Source: Selaginella moellendorffii (lineage: Eukaryota > Plantae > Lycopodiophyta). Taken from it: a stretch of 64,000 nt of DNA. Positions 49,778 to 61,875 of this stretch are shown here, in pieces (the first letter of the stretch is position 1; every line of letters begins with the position of its first letter). The position numbers and the translations under genes were made by a program. The notes under the pieces were generated by a model that worked only from the letters and a program-made list of their open reading frames with translations, searched no databases and was not told where the DNA came from. The DNA is taken from contig NW_003314262.1 in the NCBI RefSeq assembly GCF_000143415.4, positions 2,654,603 to 2,718,602 of the forward strand, read 5' to 3'.

Positions 49778-51250
49778 TTATGCCTCGTTGATGATCGCCC
49801 TTGACAGCTTGTCAAGGGTGTCGTCATCCTCCAGATTTTCATAGAGCTCAGGCACGCCATGCTTGAACAGATACTTGAGCTTGGCCTTGGGCTCCAGCGG
49901 CAGTAGAATAGCGCACACATTAAACACACAGCACTGGGCAAGCAGCAGTGAATACGATGGGTTAGCAACCGCTGGATACCGCAGCTGCTGGAGCGCCTTC
50001 CACAGCTTCTCATCCTGCGCCACAGCTGCTTCCGGCAGTGGCTCGTAATCCTCGGGATGCATGTGGTGTAGCTTGCCGGGTTCGCCCCCCCCCCCAGGCA
50101 ACGCAAGAAACTCTATATGACAACACCTGACGTACGTACGTACGTACGACGCCAGGCCTAATGTAGAGTGCCGCAGTTTAACCTCCACTAACGACTGCCG
50201 GCGCTCCACCATGAAACCATCGCTCAGGGCTTGAATATAAGTACAGTGTTTCCATAGCTGGAATGTGGAGGAGTATAAAAGCCTACCTCCTCCTCGGCCA
50301 AAGCAGCTCCAGGGGTACACATCTCGCCGTCTAGAAACGATCGGGAAGCAAGTTATAACCAGCGAGAAGCGAGCGCATGTTAACTTACATGTCAAGCTGT
50401 GGTCGTAGTAGACCCGGAGGTCGTAGCGGCCGAGCCAGAGACGCGCGTGAGCGCTGGCATTGACAATCGTGTAGTAGTGTGGGAGTGCTGAGTTTGGCGG
50501 GCGGTGCAGCACCAGCGAGCTCAGGAGCCGGTTGGACCGGATCCCGCACAACGGCAGCCTTACTGGAAATTCCTCGGCCGGGAACACTGGTGACCCTCCA
50601 CACAAGGCGTTCCTGTCACCTTTGAGTGTTGAGTACTCCTCTACCATGTTTGTTGTAGGGGTAACGGCAGCCCGCAAGTTCCATCCCAGGTTCTTCACTG
50701 GCAAATAGAACAAGTAGTCACCCTCCAGCAGCCTGCAGACAAGGTCCAAGATGTTGGGAACACCAAATCCGGTGGAGTTTTGAGCCTTCCCTGTTAGTAA
50801 CAGATGGACGCGTTAGCATGGCACTCGGGTCAAAACTTACCATGCAGCGCGCTGCATCCTTCCCGCCGTCCTGGAAAAACAAAGAAGCAATCCATGATAT
50901 TACCAAAGGCGAGATCCGGTGGGGGACGTAGAGGCTTGAGGGGGCGCACCGCCATGTCGAGAATGCCCGGTCGACGAACAGCATCCTCGACGACGCGCAC
51001 GCCTTTCCTCCCACAAAAGCGCTCCCCACAACCGACCTGAGAAACCGGCGGAAGGGATTTTTTGATCTTCAGGGGGCAGGCTTGCCAGGTAGAGGATTGA
51101 CACAAAGGCAAAGAGGGTGTGGTCGTTGATAGGCGGATAGAAGTAGTAGCGCACCTCTTCGATGTATACCGGCCTGAGGGAGCCGATCAAACCTTTCAGC
51201 GATGATCTGTTCTTCAACAGCGCCATGTATTCGAAAAAGGAAAAGAACAA
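49778..51250 (-). CDS. Hypothetical lineage-specific spliced protein or pseudogene
   Basis: 323-aa ORF plus upstream coding-like exons with splice signals; no family recognised. Confidence 0.35.
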
Positions 51251-52109
51251 AGGTCAGATTTGTACCTTTCCCTGAAACATCGACTGGCTACGGCTGAGCT
51301 CCTAACGAGTTTCTCAATCTGCGAGTCAAGTGCGAATTTGCAAAACCTCTCTTACAACTGTATGGCGGGATTTTGTGATCAAGCCGGCAGCTTTGTTGGA
51401 CTGGATGGACTTTTGTGGTAAGAGCATCGCAAAGAAAGCGTGCTTTCACATCCAGTCAATGCGTTGAACATCTTTCAACTGCTATCATACCTGCATTGTC
51501 ACAACAGGCCTTAGCTTTAGCACTCACAGAGAGCCACCCAGCCTAGTTCATTGATTGTTGCAGCGGGGCAGCTGTAAGCACAAAGGGATCAGCAACAAGA
51601 CGAGACGAGGACATCGTTCTTTGTGAACGAACAAAGTTCATAATAGGATAGCTAGCTATGTATGAACCCCCATCCCCTTTGCTTCCATTGTGAGAACCAG
51701 AATATGGAAAATCAGTGCACGATGTAAGTGTTCTCTCCCTTACTGTTTCATTGTTTGCCGGAGCAAGAGGCAGTGGGACCGACACAAGGGATTGCTAGGG
51801 GAAGAGGTATCTTTTCTGCTTGATCGCGCAAATGCGTGCTCCATCGCATTCTTGTGACTTGTTTTTGGAGTTGTTCATAGATTAATATGTGTGTTCTCAG
51901 ATCTAGAAATTCTTGGGGGATAGTTCCCTTGTCTATATGCTTCTTGTAGCTATGTAGCTATGGAAAAATTCTCTTTTTAACTACCTAGATTCAGAAGTAT
52001 GGATTGCTAAAACAACAGAGGGCAAAACCTTTTGAGTGGGGGAGTGATCTTCTTATCAACACTGGAGGCTTCAAGATAAAAAGGAATTTTTTTGCTTGTT
52101 TTGAAAGCA

Positions 52110-52400
52110 CTTACCCGTTTTGTGAACTTGAGCTGCTTCAAATCCTCCAGAGTCGGGCATTTGTCCCTTAGAACAGGACGAACTCTCCTGAAAGTGCAAG
52201 ATACTCGGGTCAGAGGAATGCTCGCATACTTACTCTTCATGGAGGACATCGTCCCCTTGATCCACCAGTCTCTACACAGAGGAAAGCGAATAAGCAAACG
52301 CTTGATTCGTCCATGCTCTTTAGTCTCGGGAAAATGCTCGTAGCGGACGGTAAATTCCAGTAACCAGAGCTCCCATGAAATCGAGCATGAGGATCAAAGC
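52110..52400 (-). pseudogene. CYP97-like cytochrome P450 exon fragments
   Basis: YWNLPSATSIFPRLK, RLVDQGDDVLHEE*, VLRDKCPTLEDLKQLKFTKR|gtaag resemble successive internal segments of CYP97 carotenoid hydroxylases; no heme motif. Confidence 0.55.
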
Positions 52401-52487
52401 TTTGCATTTCATTCCACTCCGGAGCGAGCGACGTTCTTCCCAACCCAAGCAAGGTTGAGTTTTCTCTAGAGCATCCATCTTAGTTCC

Positions 52488-53032
52488 AAAAGCAAGCAAG
52501 AAGATGGTAGTTTTGGCACAATCTGAAGGGAGTGCTCCCATACTCACGTACACAAATCCGTCAATCTCTAGAATCCCATGGTATCAGGAGACGCCCGACC
52601 ACACCATGAGGTAAACAGGACATCACTCCTCCTTGCGCGCACGCTTGTCCTCAGGTATAGCACGCATGGCAGCTTGTAAAATATCCCGAGCCTCGGCTGA
52701 AGTCTGGCAATCGACCACGCGGAGCACCCTTAAAAACGTAGACCTCTTTCTCTAGCCGACTCTGCGGTCGCCATACTCGGTGACAACCAAAAGATCACTC
52801 GTCCCTGTGCGACTCCTTGTCTTCGTGAAACGGCACAGCACGAGATTCTCTCCGTGCCCCGCTCTTGTCAATTTGATGCACGAGCTTGATTGCGTCAGTC
52901 TGCATGTTCACGTTCTTGAACCTGCACGAAAATACTACAAGAATGGTTACCTGTCATAGGGTGGTGACCCAGCGACTTGCCTGATTTCAACTTAAACTCC
53001 ATCTCGGTGATCGAACAGGGGGAAACTGCAAA
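52488..53032 (-). pseudogene. Truncated duplicate of the 46201-47705 nuclease-like gene
   Basis: Co-linear nucleotide match to 46801-47480 with deletions, DCK changed to DCQ, an in-frame TGA (~52623) and loss of the GTAAGT donor. Confidence 0.85.
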
Positions 53033-54732
53033 CCTCGAGAATTATATTCCCACGCCTGCTCCTGCAACTAGTCCCACGCTTGGAAAATTCAAGTTCACAA
53101 AAATTAAAGTTCTTCACCCAGTCTAACGTAAAGGAAAAATACTGAGTAGTTCATTCTCATCGCATATTTACTCTCACTCTTTCATCTTCGTATTCTTCAT
53201 GTTTTCTTTACTAAAGCTCCATTGGCATCATCCGTAAAGTACAGCCAGTATCGGCTTGAAGCTGCGGCCCATGTTTTGGGTTTATGTACGTTGACTTTGT
53301 TCGTTTGCTGATTCTCATCGCTTATGCATCCCAAGTGGCGCTAAGCTATTTCCTCCAGCATTGTCACAGCAGAGCCCTCCGTGCCCAGCCACAGCTCCAC
53401 TACCATGGGTGAGGAGCCGAATCCAATGGGTGGCGCTCCTTGTGGACCATGGAGCCGGCGGCAAGGGCGGCGCAGCTCTGACTGCTATGGCCGCCGCTGT
53501 GACATGCTTGCTGGCGCTCGCCTCCAAAAAGCACTGCGCCACCTTCTTCCCGTCGGCTGGGCCGCAGCGCCGCCGCCGCCTCCGCCTGGTTTGAGCAGCA
53601 GATCCAGCATTGCTTCGCAGCGGTAGTGGCGCAGCCAGTTGCCTCATCTCGGACCACAGTGCTCGGTTCTTGTCAGGTGGAGCTCCTAGGAATGAGAATG
53701 CCAGCGATGATTTCAAATTCTCCAAATTCGTTCATGACTATGATACTTAATTGTTCAACAAGGTCATTATAAGTGCATTGTCACCACTGAGTTTTGATGT
53801 TTACACCAGGGAGGTTCCTCACTCCATCGGGTGATTCGCGGGCCTGGGAGGCAGGATCCTCCCATGCATCTTGCACTGTTCTTGAGAAAGGCTCTTGGAT
53901 TCGAGGAAACATTTGTTAATTCGAGGATCATCAAGAGCACCACCGACAAAGAAAGTAGTTGTTCTTCTTACACGTTTATAAGGAGCAAAGCAAGTCGTAG
54001 TACGTAACCTAGAGAGACAAGGCACCCTGAGGTCCTGGGTTCGAATCTTACGCTTCTAGCTTGGCGTCAAAGGAAAACACGTAAAACAAAAACAGTAAAA
54101 CTCTTGTGCATTGACAATTAGTCTAAAACAATGAGCAAAGTATAGTATCCATCACCATGTACAAAATATTCGATCATTACTCTATCATTACTTTACCGTA
54201 TGTGCATGCAGGAGTAAAAAATGACTCCCCAAAAATTCAGTCTCCTCTGGGCTTTCAACCTGACCCCCAGGGCTTTTAAAACTAGAAGATTGGGTTGTCG
54301 TCTTGTTTGCTTCATTGCGCCGCCCTGTTCTTGCGAGTCTTGCTTTCAGTCGTCTCTAGATCTTTCTTCTCGCGTAGAGGGTCTTGGTAGATCCTAGAGT
54401 TGCCCCTCAGCAATGCCGCGGCCAGCCAAGGATGAATTGCTGCGCTGCGGATTCATGGGAAGGGAAAGAAAGGGGCAAAATCGATCGCGTCAGGCATTGC
54501 GGGAATCGCTTTGGTGTAGAGGCTCTTTTGATCTACATCCACTTGAACGCCCCGCAAACAAAAGAGACGAGAGAATGAATTCACGCATTCGTTCTTTCTC
54601 CTGTGTTCTTGGTTCGCTCTTTTGTCGGTCACGCCCTCGGGATTCGAGCCCGCGACCTGTGGAACCTTAACGGCCATTCCTGACCTAGTGACAAGAAATT
54701 AAAAGAAATTTTGCGAGGGAAGAAGGGCGGCG

Positions 54733-56809
54733 ATGGAGGAGCGGCCTTGCTCCTCGTCGGAGGAGCTCCTGCCCCGCCCACTCACAAGGCTGCGCACGCG
54801 CTTCCCATCGCCGCCGCCATCGCCGCTGCTGTTGCCACTAGCTCCATCGCCGCCACCGGAATCTCCCACGCGGCTCGCAGCTCCACTGGCAATGTGGGAG
54901 AGGGAAGAGCTCGGCGCGTTCAGCGATGGATCTCTCCCCCAGCCGGGGAGCGTGGAGAGCTCGCTGCCGCGATTAGGTCAATTGCTGGGCGTGCAGAGGA
55001 TTAGGGCTTGCGAGGAGGCGGGAGCGATCCTCCCCGCCGCGATCCGGCGCGTGTCGTGGGGCGATCACAGGCACGAGCTCTTCGCTTGCGAGGATTCTCC
55101 GGGCAAGGTGTGTTCGCGCTTCCTCCCCATTTGCTGCCCTTCCTCCTCGCCATCGCCATCTTCTTCCCCAAGAAATGCCGCCGCTGGAGGAGAAGAATGC
55201 GATGGCAGCAAGGAACCCGGATGGATATGGAAGGCCGCCAACGATCCAGACGAGGTGGCTCTCGCCAATCTTTTCTCGCGGGAGGAGGAAGAACACGAGA
55301 GCCAAGGCGGAGGCGATGGCGGCAATGACTCGGCGGTCTCGGTGTGTAGCAGCGGCGGGGGATGGAAGGCCGACTTTTCCAGCCACTTCAAATCCAATTC
55401 CTCCTCCAGTCCCGCCGTCCCACCGCTCGCCAGGATCACCAGCGCCACCTCGTCGCCATCTTCAACCAGCTCGCCGCTACTCCCTCGAGCCGCGACGTCC
55501 TCCTCGCCCAAGAAATCCCCCAAGGTCGTCCCCGCCGCCGCTACTTCTCCAAAGAAGATAGAGTCTCCTTCCGCCATGCCGGGACCTCCAAACATCCGGT
55601 CCGCCACCCCAACTCCTCGCAGCGCTACTCAAGCAATGCCGCGCGACCAGTGCTCCTCCAAGCACATGAAGAACGCCGCCGCTGCCTCCGCCTCCCCGGA
55701 CACTGCCACCGACAAGAGCTCCGACGGTGCGTGCTCCGAGCACCGGATCATGGACTGTAGCTGCTGCGGTCGAAAGGACAAGAGCCACCTTTCCATCCAA
55801 GCCGGCGTAGAGAGGGAGCTCCACGTCGAGGGGCCGGTTCGCAAGAGGCTGCCGACGACGACGCTGCTAACCGGGCCCCCGGGAAGAAAGCCACCTATGC
55901 GGTTCGGCCTCGGCCCAGCCAAGTCGGAGTTTCTCAACCGAGCCGCTGCCATGAACAACGCCGCGGCCAAGGCCCGCTTTACCGTCCTGCCCGTTGTGAC
56001 TTTGTCCAAGGCGAGCAAGCAACAAGCTCCGCAGCCACGCCGGGAGCGCCCGCTGCGCTCCAGTAGATTGAATCCGGAATTTAAAGGTGGCTGGGCTCCG
56101 AAGTGCTCGTCGGTTTTGCCAAGGCCGCATAGTTGTCAGAGCCATCGCAGCCATGACCGCAGCCATGACCACAGCCACAGCCACGGCAGATCTGTTCCAA
56201 GTCCTCCAGAGCTGGACCTTGCCACCCCGTCACTCAACTCCACGGCCCGTTTGATGGAGAGGCTGGAGGAAGCCAAGCGGGAGAAGTTTGATCCGAGAGC
56301 CGTGCTCGAGCAGCAGCAGCAGCAGCAGCTCCACCAGCACCAACACCACCACGATCACGATCACGGGCATTGTTCCGATGCAGAGCTCGCCGAGAGGTAC
56401 AAGGACCTGTGCAAGATATCAGATGGTTCATCTCCGAGGTACGAAGTTACCTCTGCTTTGCATGTAGTGAGAACTTGTCTCTCCTGGAAGTAGCCATCCG
56501 AGAGTTCCAAGGAAACACAGAAGGGAGCGTGTATCGTCTTTGAATTTCAAGAAGCCCAAGATGTCAGATCTCTGGGTTCCCTCGGAGCAGTGCCCCCAGG
56601 TTTGGTGCTAGTTCGTTTCCTGCCAGACTTGTTCCACACTCTCGATTTTTCTCCAGGTCTGTTCGACTGCACCAATTCGTATAGAGCCACCTTACTGGTT
56701 AAATGCGGACAAAGCAGCACGGGATGCCAGCGCCGAAGAAGCCGAGCGAGAAGTGTTCCAAAGCTCTCGCAATGCCATGTCTCTATATGGATTCCCATGT
56801 CTGTTTTAA
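54733..56809 (+). CDS. Unknown Ser/Pro-rich disordered protein (long first exon, probably two further exons)
   Basis: 586-aa GC-rich ORF. The donor at ~56439 and two in-phase exons extend it to a stop at 56807-56809. No domain recognised. Confidence 0.6.
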
Positions 56810-57183
56810 GCGACCATCAGTTTTGCCGGAGAGAGGACATCGAAAGGAAGTTTATGCTGACCTTCAAGGTAGACTGATTTGTGTTTGGTGTCTGATATGC
56901 TTTTGATGCTCAGGCGCGAAGAGTGACAAGGTCCTTCCACACACGATGACGATCATCTCCGGGCTTGCGAGGTACGAATGGATGTTCGTAGAAATGGCTT
57001 TACTCCTTGTTTCTATTTGTCAGCTGGCTCCCTCCTGCAAGAAGTTTCACGGTGCAGATTAAAAAAAGAAAAAGAATGAGGAAACAAACCTCCGAATGGC
57101 CCAGCTCCGCACCAAAAGAAAGAGTCGATAAACTGGCCTCCGTTGACACAAAAAGAAAATGCTTTATTGAAAGTACCTTACTT

Positions 57184-58753
57184 TTACATGGAGCCAGTTT
57201 CTGTAACTTTGCTAGCAGGAACACGCTGCCTGCGCTCCACATACGTAGATGGAAACCATCCCGCTTTGCCTTTACATTCTCCTTCTGACCAGCCAGTGGT
57301 AGAAACCTGCCAAAGAAAAACGTTCATTCATTCAATGACTTTGGCTCGTCACCCACCTGCCGGACAACAACGTAGTCTCCCAGGTTGAGCGTTAGTTCGT
57401 TCTCTCCTTCCGCGTCAAAGGGATGCAACACCTCGGCCAGGAAATACATGGATTTTTCCAATGCGTTTCCAATGCCGCTGCTCGAAAAGGTTCCGTTTGG
57501 CTTGTTATCATCGTACGAAGGAGTATAGTTGTCCGCTGTGAGCGGCAGTGCTTCGCTACGTTGACGCTCCAAAACCATCTGTAACAATTTCGAAAGTTCT
57601 CACAGAATTAGTCTGCTGTCCTGGTAAGATACTGTATAAAAACCTGTGCGTAAAGCTGATCAAGTATCTCCGCCAGGCGTATGTGATAGTTGCGTTCTGC
57701 TTCAATCTGTGCATGCAACAAAACTAGTATCATCAAGTAAAGATGTAGTGAAGTGACACTTACCATAGAGATCAAGCGCTGCAGTGTTAGACGCTGTTGT
57801 TGCGCTTCTACTGCTGTCATTGCAGCCGCAGCCTCCTTTCCCAAAACGGCCATCGCCGAGGTCAGCTCTTGCATTCTTGCTTCTGCCATTTGTAGCTTCA
57901 CGGCGTTCTCGGCATTTCCACCGCCTTCTCGGGACCTTGCCTGCCTCTTCCGAACATCTTCCCCCTGTCATTCCCCCATGTAAACACAAAGCAAGAAAGT
58001 GAGGCCAAACTAACCTGTACTTCGGCTTCCTGCCGAAGGCGATCGTATCGCTGTGTCAGATGGCGTGCATCTTCGAGTGGAGCACCCATCACCATTGCTC
58101 TCAGAGGCTCACCAACCTACAATAAGATAGCTTGCTTTCAGTGTCTAAAACTCCTTGGGACATACCTGAGTGCTAAGAGCTCGATGCAGGCCGTCTCTTT
58201 CCTTTTCCATGTTGAACCTTGCATCGGCATAGTGCAAAGAAGCCTTCGCAAGAGCACCATCCGCTTTGGTACTCTCAACGGAGTACCTTCGGCAATCTTC
58301 GGCAAGTTTAGTTGCTAAAGAAAAACTCTGAAGTTAGAAACCGAGGCAAGAATGAACGAGCCACCAACTTACAAAGTTCTAGCTGCTTTGTGCCCGTGGC
58401 TATAAAACCCTCCACACCTCGTATGATGTCACGTTGATAGTGCTGGAAACATCACACGAGCTCATCACAATCTTCAAATATGTTGGGACAAAAATTTGTA
58501 CCTTTCCAGCGCGCGTGGATACAAAGAGCTTCTCCAGCTGCTGATGCCTGTGGAGCTCGGCTTCATCGGTGATGATCACATCGGCTCCCTGTGGCCCGTG
58601 ATTCGAAAATTGCTTGAGCACCGCCTGGATGGAAGAAAGAATCATTGGAGAGAGAAAGAGGGGAAAAAAAAGGAAAGAGGTCGAAGCAAGTACCTGTTGT
58701 TGCTTCGCTACTTGTTCCCGGAACTTCGTCGCTTGCTTCCTCAACGCGTCCAT
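57184..58753 (-). CDS. SH3 domain-containing protein (BAR + SH3, SH3P2-like; multi-exon)
   Basis: MDALRKQATKFREQVAKQQQ|AVLKQF, MVMGAPLEDARHLTQRYDRLRQEAE, AVEAQQQRLTLQRLISM, YFLAEVLHPFDAEGENELTL...GWSEGECKGKAGWFPSTYVERR. Confidence 0.94.
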
Positions 58754-59746
58754 AGCTGCATTGAACGAGCACGCCTTGTCAAGATTCCAGGGCCGCGGAG
58801 ATCGGGATCTGAGAATGCTGGATCGATGCAAAATACCTTGCTTCCCAGATCAAAACACGACTGGCGCCTCCAGAATCGCGGGCTCGCTCGCCACAACAAG
58901 ATGATTGAGAGAGTGGCAGCGCCTCTCCAACAGCGACAAAATACCTCGAAATCCCTGCTCGCCGCGGAAGACTCGACCGGCGCCTCCAAGATCGCTCAGC
59001 GCCACCAGAAGATTACGATAGGGCATTGGGAGCGCCTTCCCGCCATCGCCATCGCCATCGCCATAGCCAGCGCCTCCTCTTGTGTGAAGCGCCCGTCTAG
59101 CGAACAGCTGGATTTGAGTACTAAGCCCATGTCCGGTGGGTAGAACCAGGACATCGCGGCCGTTGATTGCGCCCGGGAGATCGCAGCCGTCCGCTTAACC
59201 CCCGGAACTCTTCAACACACGAAAGTGGAGAGGAAATCACCGTGTGGCATCGAGAACGAAAGGACAATATTTCCCAGAGACCAAGCAACTTGTGCGAGAA
59301 CTTCTCTATTCTTTTTTCTTTTTCTTTTTCCTTTCTTCCATCGCTCGATCAATCGATCACGAAGATCAATCGACAACGAACAAAATTATACAAAGGAAAA
59401 AAAAAAAAACAAAGAGATGCTTACACGAAAGAATTCTTTCTTGTGTCCCGATCTCTCGACTGTCGAGTGAAGGGACTGGAAGAAGCAAGCGTTTCAACGA
59501 TGGTGGCACTGAAACAAAAAATAGATTTAACTGCGAGCACGAAGAAACGAAGGAAAAAGAGAAAGGAAGACGAGAGAAAGGAGAGAGAGAGAGAGAGAGA
59601 AGAAACAACGCTACGAACTGCTGTGTACCTACGGAGATGATAAGTTACGTTGTCACACCCTGTTCTTCGTCCCTTCGTGTTCTTGAGCTTTTCGTCCCCT
59701 CACCGATAGAACCGGATGAAAAAAGAAGATTTTTCTCGCGCCGCGC

Positions 59747-60716
59747 TCAGCAGAACTTCCAGCGATTGTTACAGTTGACGCAGGTAACGTAAGTGGTCAT
59801 GGGCTCGTCGGCGCTCCTCGTTTGCTTCTGAAAGTACGTGCATTCCCGGCGGCCGCACTTCCCACACTTGAATTGATCCGTGGTCGCCTCCTGTTTCATG
59901 CCCCGCTCGCACTCGAAGAGAGCTTTGTCTTTGATCTGCTTGTTCTCCGCTTTTCTCTGATCGCTGGCCATGTCCTCGGCGCTCATGGTCGTGAGCTGTG
60001 AGCCGGAGATCTGCCCGAGCAGCAACCTTCTTCTCAAGTCGGGATTGTTTGGATCCTTGAGGTTGAAGACGATGGAGCGATACTTTGCCTTCTTGTCAAC
60101 TTTGGTAGACTCGAGCTTGGAGAAGAGTGCATTCTCCACCTCCACTGCTACCTGGACTGGATCCTTGGCGTTTGCTCGAGCAAGTTCCTGGCCCTCGGCT
60201 TCCTGGGGGACCTTTTGGAAGGCCTCGAGTAGCACTTCTCTCATCTTGTCCCTGGTAGCGTCGTTGGATTTCGGTAAAGGCCTGGCCTTGCTGCTGGAGT
60301 TTCCATTGCTTTGCTTGGAGGACACCTTGCCCTTTTCCACGGACGCATTCGCGGACGATTTCGGGCCCTCCGCCTTGCTCTTGGAGCTCGCCTCGGAAGA
60401 CACTACCTTCTTCCAATCCTCAAGAATATCGACAGCAATCGACCGGATTTTGGGCCGGGAATGCTTCGTGAGCTTCCGGAGCTGCTTCCCCACCTGGAAA
60501 TGGCGGAGATTTCGATTAGAATTCTCGCGGAGAGGGAGGAGGGCAACGTACCTGTGTCGACATGAGGAGCGAGGTCGTCACTCGCAGAGAACGCATCGCT
60601 TGCAGCGCTTCGACGCACCGATCTTCCTCAGCTCCCTCGACCGCCGTTGCCTTTTGCGCGGCCGATTGGGCCGTCTTGAACAGCTCCGTGAGCTGATCGG
60701 CCGTCGCTGCCGCCAT
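59747..60716 (-). CDS. TFIIS: Transcription elongation factor S-II (one intron ~60494-60551)
   Basis: KYRSIVFNLKDPNNPDLR, MSAEDMASDQRK, zinc ribbon CGKC...QTRSADEPMTTYVTCVNCNNRWKFC. Confidence 0.97.
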
Positions 60717-61875
60717 CGCGCCTCGCCCTCGCCCTCGCCCTCGCCCTCGCGAACCCTAACAGAAGAACCAGAAAAAAGCTCTTAACCCTAGCATCAAAAT
60801 ATTTATACCTCCATCGGTCTTAGTATATTCTTATCCGACGGTCTGCGATGGGAGATCCAAAACCCCACGTACGGACGTTAAACCAGTACTTTCCGGACAC
60901 GAGAACACCATTGCATTTTACTTGCGAGTTATTGACCACAGTCACCATCGCGTACTGTACTGTGCCAGTGTAAATAGCGACATACTTACGTCATATGGAA
61001 ATAATCTTGTTGATTTTACGAGCGCGATGGGGGGGAGGTTGCGGGCGGTCGGATGGACCCCACGGACGGCTAGAGATGGGCGCGCTTAACGTTTTAACGG
61101 AAGCCGTCGCCATTAGATGAACAGTTAAATTGAATGGGAATGGCGGACGTGAGGGGTTGTGTGCAATCCGGCTGAGAGTGACGGGCAGTGAAGGGCAGAT
61201 GCGACTGGAGCTTGCATGGGCGGGCGGCCGTCTGGACGGCCTTGCCAAATGCCACGCGCGCACACATCTTGAGCTTATTATAGTACCTTAGTATCCTCGC
61301 CGTTGGATGGCTACCCGGTAGATTACCGCCGGGCAAGATAGCCGTCGGATCGGCTATGGCCGAGTGTTTCATAGTTTTCCGTCTCTCTCTCGTTTTATTC
61401 CTCCAAGGCTGTTGCTGGGGGGCATTGTTAGGTTTTTTTTCTTTGGTCGAGGCGTGGTGGTGGTGGTGCTCCATCCGTGATCTAAGCGCTGGCGCTGGCG
61501 CGCGGCAGTCGGCATCGACATCGGCTGATCGATGCGCGGGGCATTCTGGTGAGCTAGAGTCTCTTGCCACGAATCCAGAGAGAATGTAGCGCCCGGCGAT
61601 GCTTGCTCCGCTCTCATTTTCCTCGCTAGAGATTGCCTGCACGAAAATCCCTTTCCCTTGCCTCTTGCTCATCTGTACGACACGATCGGGATTCTCAATT
61701 CGTGGAATTGCGGTATTCGTGATCTTTGCAGCTGTCGAGTGGCGGCGATGAGTCTATGACGGTGGAGACGTCGCGATTGCTGTGAATACCACTGCTGTCG
61801 ATCGAGGTATGGCCCTTCTTTTACCGCATTTTCTTCTTAGTGGCCATCGTTGACAGGAAAGAAAAAAAAAAGAGG

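Noticed and set aside
51757-51780. Partial complementarity to miR408
   Set aside because: Too many mismatches and no precursor hairpin evident.
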